IMG/VR virus record: IMGVR_UViG_3300012942_000079
Span: 1 to 40,859 of that record
Reading direction: 5' to 3' (one strand)
DNA length: 40,859 nucleotides
Source: a virus
Lineage: Duplodnaviria > Caudoviricetes
Position numbers and translations under genes: made by a program
The notes under the pieces: generated by a model
Seen by the model: the letters and a program-made list of their open reading frames with translations, nothing else
Database searches by the model: none
Told to the model about the DNA's origin: nothing
Shown here: positions 9,469 through 16,544 of the stretch, piece by piece
Layout of the letters: every line of letters begins with the position of its first letter
Position numbering within the stretch: the stretch's first letter is position 1

Positions 9469-9602
9469 ATCTATTCTTATAAGAATATACTATAAACAGT
9501 ATTATAAGAATATACTCTTAGTACTGTATTAAAATATAACTTACAACATTAACTATCAACAGGTAATTAACAATAACTAATAACATTCTAAGAATGTTGT
9601 AT
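9467..9602. repeat. very AT-rich segment with direct repeat and palindromes (possible origin/unwinding element)
   Basis: TTATAAGAATATACT at 9477-9491 and 9502-9516; palindrome TATTCTTATAAGAATA at 9472-9487; AACATTCT-A-AGAATGTT at 9582-9598. Confidence 0.5.
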
Positions 9603-10472
9603 TGGGCAGTTAGTCCTCAGCCCTTCGACCCTCTGGTAGTCCGTCTGGTAGGAGATGGGCCAAATAGCTCACAGTTGCGTCTTAGCGATGCTTAGGGCCG
9701 ACAGGCCCGTACCTCAAACTGTCAACTGAAAACTGATAGCTGCTCATAATTTTTTTTACAAATTTACAGGGGAAAGGGAAATGCTGAAATTTTTATTTCC
9801 CGCTTCAGGTGATCTGAGATACACATAATCACTCTCACAATCCACGCCCCCCCCCTACCCCTGCCCCCTCCTCTCCAGCCGACTGCCTGCCCCTCCCCAA
9901 GCGAGCCTCCCCGAGCCATGGCCATGTGATGACATGTCATATCCATGTTGATCGAGGCCGGAGGCCGATTCCAAGGCCCATATCCGGGAAATCGACGCTA
10001 AGGCCCCTAGAAGCCTCTCTCAGCGCGTTGAGGAGGATTTAGCTACCCAAGTACCCTAGGGGGCATCTTCGCGCTCTAAGGGGCATCCTAGAGCCCTACA
10101 GAGGCATATCTAATTGGCATGGCCCTTGCAATCGCATGTGCGGGAGTCTTTTGGTCATTCACGGGGATATTCTCTAACACATCAGTAGACAATTCCCCTA
10201 GGCTTTCCAGAGCCTTAGAGAACATAAGGGGAACAGACCAAGAACGTACCGGGAACCTGAGCCAGATGGGTTAGAAACCGGAACAAAAGGGGAACATCTG
10301 TGCGATGAACCGTGCAAAAAGAGCGACGAATGGAGTTGATTTAACCAAAAAGGAGGAGCACAAGTGAAGCTGTCGGAAGGGACGGGAACCACCATAGGGT
10401 CAGCCATCTGGGCTTCCCCCGATTGACTATAGCTCTAGGGCCGCTTTTGGTCCGCCTTTAGGAAAGGAGCGT

Positions 10473-10700
10473 ATGACCATGGCTAACATTGATCCAGCAT
10501 CCTGTTATACCGACGGGAGCCATTGCTACTGGCACAACAACCGCCCAGTGGCACAAATAGCGAGCCTTTATGAAGACCCTAGCATGTTTGTGATTGTGGA
10601 GGTCTATCAGGATGGCGGTTGCGGCATGGTAGGGTTGTTTGACCATTATCCTACTGTCCCCGAGGCCCGGAAAGCGTGGGAGGAATGGATCAATGGCTAA
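10473..10700 (+). CDS. early hypothetical protein
   Basis: Strong RBS AGGAAAGGAG; first ORF of the rightward arm. Confidence 0.75.
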   Translation: MTMANIDPASCYTDGSHCYWHNNRPVAQIASLYEDPSMFVIVEVYQDGGCGMVGLFDHYPTVPEARKAWEEWING

Positions 10701-10980
10701 GACGCGAAATCAGCGTAGGATGGCCGCTAAGGCGAGGCGAGAAGCCAAGCAAGAGCGAATTATCAAAGCGCATATCGCGGCTGGATTGGATGCCAATCGG
10801 GCGATTGTTAAGGCCAACCTTAGCAGTCGGATCGAGCGAAATTACTATCCTCAATCCAGCATGGCGGGGATGCTTGCGTCTTCCCATAGGGCCTATATCT
10901 GCCAACCTTCTAGGCGGGGGCGGGGCGGCCATGGCAAGGATAATCAATCTGCCCGGTCTAGCTACTGGTTGGTTGATTGA
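10693..10980 (+). CDS. early basic protein with N-terminal Arg-rich motif
   Basis: ATG 10693 overlaps the previous gene; MAKTRNQRRMAAKARREAKQER. Confidence 0.7.
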   Translation: MAKTRNQRRMAAKARREAKQERIIKAHIAAGLDANRAIVKANLSSRIERNYYPQSSMAGMLASSHRAYICQPSRRGRGGHGKDNQSARSSYWLVD

Positions 10981-10988
10981 GATAGGGG

Positions 10989-11017
10989 TTGACATAGGGA
11001 TATCACGTCTCTAGGTC
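10989..11017 (+). promoter_or_regulatory. putative promoter for the structured RNA
   Basis: TTGACA-17 nt-TAGGTC; predicted start ~11024-11025, next to the first helix of the structured region. Confidence 0.5.
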
Positions 11018-11025
11018 AGCATCCA

Positions 11026-11599
11026 TAGGCGTAGCGGAGCCTGAATCTGCTAGGAACGCTAGGTGCGATAAGCGGCACTTAGTGCATCCCGAGAGGTTTT
11101 GACACAACCTCTCGCTTAGGAACGGGGAGGCACATTTGCCTCTTGGGCGTTCGCGAGGAAGCGCGGTGACTGCATAGTCTCTCGCTGATGACTGGATACT
11201 ATCAGCCATCAGCTTATAGAGGTGCTATGAAGCAATTGTCCGGCTGGAAGAACCTCCTATGAGCAAGGCCCTCTTTGTGCGAAAAGAGGGTGTAGCTACA
11301 TGTAAGCACAGACACGCGGCGTTGATTGCAAACCACTTCAGCGCAAACCGTGGACAGGGTTTCTCTCTGTAAAGGAACGGTGGACGCCTAAAACGAACGT
11401 AACCGATAACCCTAGCATGCTGCAAAAGATGGGCTAGGGGCTAGGTTACGTGGAGATACGCTAGGATCGAACCATGGTGTCGCTTCTCCCTCCAACCCCC
11501 GAGACGGCGATATCATGTTAAGGCGGGATTGATCCTCCGCCTAGCAGCAATCCTAGTCGCTCTAGTCACTGTGAATGGCGTATCTCCACCTAACCTAGC
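11026..11599 (+). ncRNA. candidate large structured non-coding RNA (unassigned family)
   Basis: No credible ORF; more than 15 contiguous helices, many with G-U pairs on the + strand; closing stem TAGGCGT 11026-11032 / ACGCCTA 11384-11390; 22-bp inverted repeat (1 mismatch) at 11440-11461 / 11578-11599. Confidence 0.65.
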
Positions 11600-11666
11600 G
11601 CAACAGTTTGACTTGGTTAGAAATCAACCTTTTAAGCGGGGGATGCTTTATAAGGACATTATTATT

Positions 11667-11855
11667 ATGGGACAGCGTATCCGTGTACCTGATGAACGGC
11701 TTGTTAAGTGGATGGAATATGCCGCTGGCAAGGTTCATATGGCTGTTGAAGAGTATGAGAGGGAAGCCCTTCCTAATACTCTGGTAATGGCTAATCTTCG
11801 CGTTGCTGAAAGTCTCATCAAAGACGTTCAGAAACAGTTCAATCAAAGGCTATGA
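11667..11855 (+). CDS. early hypothetical protein (62 aa, helical)
   Basis: ATG 11667 after TAAGGA; the ORF-track start at 11529 lies inside the RNA structure and is unlikely. Confidence 0.6.
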   Translation: MGQRIRVPDERLVKWMEYAAGKVHMAVEEYEREALPNTLVMANLRVAESLIKDVQKQFNQRL

Positions 11856-11870
11856 CAAGGGGTTGATACC

Positions 11871-12104
11871 ATGGAACAGCGGTTCGATGGGGTATTCTAT
11901 TACCGTGTCTATACAACGGAGTTCCTTTACGGGGAAATGTTAGTTCAAGCCGATGCTATCAGCTACGCCAAAAAGATTTCCCGCCGGTTCCCCAATGCTA
12001 TAGTCTTCGTTGCCACCATGTTTTGCCGGTCGGAGAGTCCTTTCCTTGGTGATACGAAAATGTTCAGAGGCGGAAAACCTTACTCAAACCGCCCACAACC
12101 CTGA
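11871..12104 (+). CDS. early hypothetical protein
   Basis: 77 aa ORF with AAGGGG RBS. Confidence 0.65.
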   Translation: MEQRFDGVFYYRVYTTEFLYGEMLVQADAISYAKKISRRFPNAIVFVATMFCRSESPFLGDTKMFRGGKPYSNRPQP

Positions 12105-12131
12105 GCCCTGTTAGCGGCGTGAGCCCTGTGG

Positions 12132-12159
12132 AAAGCCTCTAGAGATTGGGGGCTTTTTT
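12132..12159 (+). terminator. intrinsic terminator
   Basis: AAAGCCTCTA / TGGGGGCTTT stem ending in a T6 run. Confidence 0.7.
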
Positions 12160-12246
12160 CTAGGCTTACAATGGATTAACCTAGACGGGCTCCGGCATTT
12201 TAGCCGGTAAGCTTGAAATCCCCAACCAACTGTGGAGAATACCATC

Positions 12247-12909
12247 ATGGCTACCAAGGAACAGACTTCTGTCGAAAAGATCGACAAGATGATTGCGGAA
12301 GTCCGCAGTCACATCAATAACTTCAATAGCACGGTGCAAGACGCGGCTGTTGCTATCATCGTCCACGCCAGTCAGTACGGAGATTGCTCGCGTGCGAAAA
12401 TGCTGGCACGGGCAGTTCCTTCCCGGCTCCGCAACATGCTTATCGGCTATTTCGCTCTTTACTCTCCTATCGGGATCAGCATCGGGAAGACGGCTGTGGA
12501 CGATAAGAGTCGGTTCATTCGGCCGGAGAGTAAGCGTTATCACGACTTCAACATTGACGGGGCTAAGGCTAACAAATGGTACGACGATCCAGCCAAGGTT
12601 GCTCCTCCTCCTCCGGCACTCAATAGCCTTAGCGACGCTTGGGATAAGCTTAATGGCTTCCTGAAGCGCCTTCTGGACGATGCTCGGAAGGAAGACGAGA
12701 AAGCCAAGTACAAGGACGAGGATCGTCCGGCTATCATCGAAATGGCCAACGACCTTCAGACCATCGTCAATCGTTACCACGCTCGGCAACTCGCCAAGAT
12801 GGACCCCGATGGACATCACAACGATAACCACGCGGAGGAGCAGGAAGAGGCTGAACAGGCGGCTCCGGCTCGTCGTGGTCGTCGGGTCCGTAAGGCTGCT
12901 AACGGCTGA
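12247..12909 (+). CDS. conserved-looking phage early protein, probably highly expressed
   Basis: GGAG RBS, ATG 12247; capsid-like codon bias; the IIVHASQYGD...RNMLIGYF segment resembles podovirus early hypothetical proteins; Arg-rich C-terminus. Confidence 0.8.
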   Translation: MATKEQTSVEKIDKMIAEVRSHINNFNSTVQDAAVAIIVHASQYGDCSRAKMLARAVPSRLRNMLIGYFALYSPIGISIGKTAVDDKSRFIRPESKRYHDFNIDGAKANKWYDDPAKVAPPPPALNSLSDAWDKLNGFLKRLLDDARKEDEKAKYKDEDRPAIIEMANDLQTIVNRYHARQLAKMDPDGHHNDNHAEEQEEAEQAAPARRGRRVRKAANG

Positions 12910-13080
12910 CCTAAACGAACAACCTGAGCAAGTTGTTAAAAGGCTCAATTTCTATCTGTTAGATAGCTGCATGATCCCGAAGCATCAATCCGCGACGGCG
13001 GTGAGAAGGGCACGGGCTATAAGACGTGCTGGCCAACGCTGTAAGAAAGTGCGGCTTTCTAACCGATAGGAGTGTGTGTA

Positions 13081-13518
13081 ATGCCTGCGGCGAAATATGT
13101 CCTTAATAATATCATCAAAATTCTCTCTGATATCGGTCATACGGAAGACACCAGATTTCCGGGGCTGACCAAGAAAGAAGATATCGCCCACGAGTATATC
13201 GTGGCAAAGACAATCGCCCGTCACGCCCTCAAGCGTCTTGAGTTGGCCGAGAAGGCTGCGACGAGCGAGGGGGTTATCGGGGACCGCTCTAAGCTGGAGA
13301 AGGGGCAGGAAGTCACTGTCTGGAAGCCGAAGAAGGTGCCTCCGAGTGTCTTCATCACGGCTCGGACGAGCATGGATAGGTTGCCTATGCTCGACAGGGC
13401 TTTGCTTGAGAAAGCTCTTCGTAAGCACGTCACAGCGGCTGTAGCAGACCGCATCTATGCGGAGTCCTTGAAGCCTGTTGAACCGACGGTGACTTATTCC
13501 GTTGTGTTCTTTAACTAG
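13081..13518 (+). CDS. hypothetical protein
   Basis: AGGAG RBS, ATG 13081. Confidence 0.75.
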   Translation: MPAAKYVLNNIIKILSDIGHTEDTRFPGLTKKEDIAHEYIVAKTIARHALKRLELAEKAATSEGVIGDRSKLEKGQEVTVWKPKKVPPSVFITARTSMDRLPMLDRALLEKALRKHVTAAVADRIYAESLKPVEPTVTYSVVFFN

Positions 13519-13537
13519 TTCCTCTAGGAGATAGGTA

Positions 13538-13678
13538 ATGACTCCCAACACTCGTCTCTACTGGAAGAGGGTGACTATAGGCCTTCTGGCGGTTATCCTC
13601 TCCCCAATCTGGGCTCCTTTCACCTTTCTGTCTTTGATCGGGGAGTATATTCAGTGGGAGGTACTGGGTGAGCGGTGA
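13538..13678 (+). CDS. small membrane protein (46 aa)
   Basis: Below the ORF-track cutoff. AGGAGATAGG RBS; MTPNTRLYWKRVTIGLLAVILSPIWAPFTFLSLIGEYIQWEVLGER, one hydrophobic stretch. Confidence 0.6.
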   Translation: MTPNTRLYWKRVTIGLLAVILSPIWAPFTFLSLIGEYIQWEVLGER

Positions 13679-13789
13679 CTCTGACTTCTGGTATCGCGTG
13701 GCTTGGAACATCTTCGTTATGCTTCAAGGCATTATCATCTACGTTACAGTTTGTTACATCGACAAGCTAATACGGAAAGGAAAGTAATT

Positions 13790-14191
13790 ATGCCTCTTAT
13801 TGATTGGTCGAAGCCTATTGAAACCACGGACGGCGGGCCAGCCCGAGTTATCTGTACAGACAGGCAAAGTTACAACCCTGTAGTCGTTCTGCTTACTGAT
13901 AGGATGATTCCTAAAGAAGAGTCGATTCTCGCCTTCCCGAAGTATTTCGACACTAATAGCACCTTGTTCGGAATAGGACTTAGGAACAAGGCCGAAGAAG
14001 AATATTTCGTAATCAACCCCAATACAGGTTACTTTTTGGGGGCCAGACTCAAATCCAAGAAGGAGGTTTGTGACCAGTTTAAGATTCCTCCGGGGAAGTC
14101 TGTGCAACTTCTCAAAGTCGTTAAGCAAGACGATGACAAGTGGAGGGCTGTTGAGATTATCGATTACGTCACCGGAACAGAGGAGGACTGA
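13790..14191 (+). CDS. hypothetical protein, paralog 1 (IDWxKPIE...ARVxCTDR)
   Basis: ATG 13790 after GGAAAGGA. Confidence 0.75.
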   Translation: MPLIDWSKPIETTDGGPARVICTDRQSYNPVVVLLTDRMIPKEESILAFPKYFDTNSTLFGIGLRNKAEEEYFVINPNTGYFLGARLKSKKEVCDQFKIPPGKSVQLLKVVKQDDDKWRAVEIIDYVTGTEED

Positions 14192-14194
14192 CTA

Positions 14195-14608
14195 ATGGCT
14201 ACTATAGACTGGACGAAGCCCATCGAGGGGGTTAACGGAGAGAAGGCTCGGGTACTGTGTACTGATAGAGTTTCTATCTCTGAAAGTTCGAAGTCCCGAT
14301 CAGGAGAACCTCTCTCAATTATTGTCTTGATTGAAAACAAAGGCTCCGAGTATCCTCGCAGTCTTACTGTGGAAGGTAAGACCCACTCCGGAATCCTTAG
14401 GGTCAGGAACAAGAAGGAGGTCTCCTACTGCGGCTTTGTCAATGGTATGCGGATTTATCCATCATCCCCCTCTTTAGAGACCGTTAGAAACTCTACCTTG
14501 AGGTGGGCAGGAGATGCTTTCAGCCGACAAGTCTTGAAGATGGAAAGGAGTGTCGATGGCGTCGGCCCTCAAACTTGGAGGATAGTCGAGGTTATTGATG
14601 TCGATTAG
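14195..14608 (+). CDS. hypothetical protein, paralog 2
   Basis: GAGGAGG RBS; shares N- and C-terminal motifs with the previous gene. Confidence 0.75.
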   Translation: MATIDWTKPIEGVNGEKARVLCTDRVSISESSKSRSGEPLSIIVLIENKGSEYPRSLTVEGKTHSGILRVRNKKEVSYCGFVNGMRIYPSSPSLETVRNSTLRWAGDAFSRQVLKMERSVDGVGPQTWRIVEVIDVD

Positions 14609-14981
14609 TAACCCCGTCGTAGCTGTTTACGGGACTCTTCGGGTGGGGACCGCAAAGGGTGATCTTCTAGTCAGCAGAGGGAGAGTTAAACCAGTAGGGA
14701 AGTCACATTTCAAAGGTACACTCTACGATCTAGGAGCCTTTCCCGGTCTTAGGCTTGAAGGGGAAACCCTTATCTGGGTTGACCTTCTGGAACTACGGGA
14801 TGAGAACGTCCTTCACGATCTGGACCTGTACGAAGGCTACATGCCTGATAACCATTTAGACTCTTTGTACCTCCGCAAGCTTCTGCCTTGTGGGGTGTAC
14901 GTGTACGTATTCAACCAATCCTTAAACGGAGCAAAGGAGATTGTTTGTGGAGACTGGCTACAATATCTTGCCGGGGCTTGA
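14598..14981 (+). CDS. gamma-glutamylcyclotransferase (AIG2-like) family protein
   Basis: VYGTLR, GTLYDLGAFPGL, LDLYEG and YVYV motifs. Confidence 0.88.
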   Translation: MSISNPVVAVYGTLRVGTAKGDLLVSRGRVKPVGKSHFKGTLYDLGAFPGLRLEGETLIWVDLLELRDENVLHDLDLYEGYMPDNHLDSLYLRKLLPCGVYVYVFNQSLNGAKEIVCGDWLQYLAGA

Positions 14982-15774
14982 GTACCTCGTCAATACAGGG
15001 AAGAAGTGGCGCAAAGGAGTAACTTGTTCCCAGACATTTAATGGAGATGGCTCTCTGTTCGCTGATGGGAATCACCAATATTGCCATTCAAATGTCAACA
15101 TAGCCTATCGAAAGTTGAAGGGTAAGAGCCCTTTCTACATCGCTAGTGCCTATACCCACAATCGGCACTCTCCGGTCCTCACGAAGGAGGAGTCTGACGC
15201 TCTGATGGATTGGATGCTGGATACTCCTCTCGGCAAGCTGTACATCATCAATCGAGATGACCGCGAGCTTTGCAAGGACGGCGGTATCCTTATCAGCGGT
15301 GAAGCGTCTTGGACTGAATGCCTGTGGATTTGCAAGGTCCTTCGCTACGCTGCCGAGGACCCATCGTCCATCAAGACGTGGAAGGCTCTTGTTGACGCTG
15401 GTGTGGACGGAACCGCTGCCATCTGGATTGCCAGCTACTATCGTTTGTCGGATGATCGAACCTACTTCTACATTCACGAGGTTAACGGTCATGTGTCTGT
15501 CTTCTATAGGTACGCCCAAAATAATTATAAAAACATCAAGGCGGGCTTCAACCTCCTGACCAACTGGCGTTACAACAAAGGAGACAGTGTCGGTGATACA
15601 ACTAGACTTTTTCCGCTCGAAGGTAAAATCGCCGTCACCCCTCCCACCACGGCCCAAGTCGAACCGGATAGGCCAGACGGCTGGGGAGGAGTTATCAAAG
15701 CTGTTCCCATCAACAACAAAGGAACTTCCTTCAAGACCGAAGACTTCATCAAGTGCATCAAGGAGGCAATGTGA
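14947..15774 (+). CDS. hypothetical protein in the amidoligase cluster
   Basis: GTG 14947 about 7 nt after AAGGAG; ~275 aa. Confidence 0.75.
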   Translation: METGYNILPGLEYLVNTGKKWRKGVTCSQTFNGDGSLFADGNHQYCHSNVNIAYRKLKGKSPFYIASAYTHNRHSPVLTKEESDALMDWMLDTPLGKLYIINRDDRELCKDGGILISGEASWTECLWICKVLRYAAEDPSSIKTWKALVDAGVDGTAAIWIASYYRLSDDRTYFYIHEVNGHVSVFYRYAQNNYKNIKAGFNLLTNWRYNKGDSVGDTTRLFPLEGKIAVTPPTTAQVEPDRPDGWGGVIKAVPINNKGTSFKTEDFIKCIKEAM

Positions 15775-15778
15775 GGTT

Positions 15779-16501
15779 ATGCCGCAAGTAACAGAAGTCA
15801 ATCTTGAACCTCTCCGCTGTTATGTCGTCGGTGGAGGGATGAACTACATTCGGATGCTGTATGAGGCTGGCATCCGGGGGGCTACGGACGTCGAAGACGC
15901 TGACTTCGTCATGTTCACTGGGGGAGAAGACGTTGATCCCAAGTTCTATGGAGAGAAGCCTCTTCGTGGAACTAACTATAATACCGCCCGCGATGAACGG
16001 GAGAGGGCTATCTTCGAACAAGCCAAGAAGTCGGGCGTTCCTATGGTAGGTATCTGTCGCGGAGGGCAGTTTCTGAATGTTATGTCAGGCGGCAAGCTTT
16101 GGCAGGACGTAGACAATCATGCGATTGGCGGGGTCCACGATATCGAAGACCATGCTTATGGTCTTAGCCACCTGAAAGTGACCTCTACTCATCACCAGAT
16201 GATGAATCCCGCCGAGGATGGTTTGATCCTAGCTTCTGCTGCTAGGAGCACCTACAGGACGGCAGAAGGGATTCACGCCACTGTCTACGGCGATAATGGA
16301 AGTGCCGGAGTACATGACGATGACGTTGAAGTCGTCTGGTACGACAAGACCAAGTGTCTGTGCTTTCAGCCTCATCCCGAATACCTCATCTCGACGGTTC
16401 CGGATGAAGTTCGAACCATGACTCGGGACTATTTCCTCGATCTGCTCGACGATTATGTCCTTGCAGCTATCAATTCGGGTTCAAAACGTACTCGTAAGTG
16501 A
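15779..16501 (+). CDS. class I glutamine amidotransferase (peptidase C26 / PuuD-like)
   Basis: TGGEDVDP, nucleophile GICRGGQ, HHQ and QPHPE triad motif. Confidence 0.92.
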   Translation: MPQVTEVNLEPLRCYVVGGGMNYIRMLYEAGIRGATDVEDADFVMFTGGEDVDPKFYGEKPLRGTNYNTARDERERAIFEQAKKSGVPMVGICRGGQFLNVMSGGKLWQDVDNHAIGGVHDIEDHAYGLSHLKVTSTHHQMMNPAEDGLILASAARSTYRTAEGIHATVYGDNGSAGVHDDDVEVVWYDKTKCLCFQPHPEYLISTVPDEVRTMTRDYFLDLLDDYVLAAINSGSKRTRK

Positions 16502-16544
16502 ACCAATCTGGTTTGTCAATAGGGAAGATTGAAAGGAATTACTT

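Noticed and set aside
9525-9575. CtrA boxes (TTAA-N7-TTAA) in the AT-rich tract
   Set aside because: TTAA half-sites are present but not at 7-nt spacing
9764-10407. Minus-strand ORFs 9764-9946 and 10198-10407
   Set aside because: Low-complexity translations of G/C-run and repeat DNA without RBS
11003-11425. Minus-strand ORFs 11003-11209 and 11225-11425
   Set aside because: Against the direction of the arm, no RBS, non-protein-like composition; the region is better explained as structured RNA
11529-11666. N-terminal signal-peptide-like extension of ORF 11529-11855
   Set aside because: The TTG lies in a hairpin loop of the structured region with no RBS; ATG 11667 has TAAGGA upstream
12102-12129. 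TGAGCCCTGT direct repeat
   Set aside because: Only two 10-nt copies next to a terminator; no array or evident function
11026-12160. Group I/II intron, tmRNA or RNase P identity for the structured region
   Set aside because: No interrupted host gene, no convincing group II domain V or group I P7 core, no tRNA-like ends or tag frame recognised by eye; needs a covariance-model search to exclude formally
12181-13551. Long minus-strand ORFs 12181-12948 and 12985-13551 (and similar antisense ORFs through 33600)
   Set aside because: Antisense shadows of well-supported + strand genes
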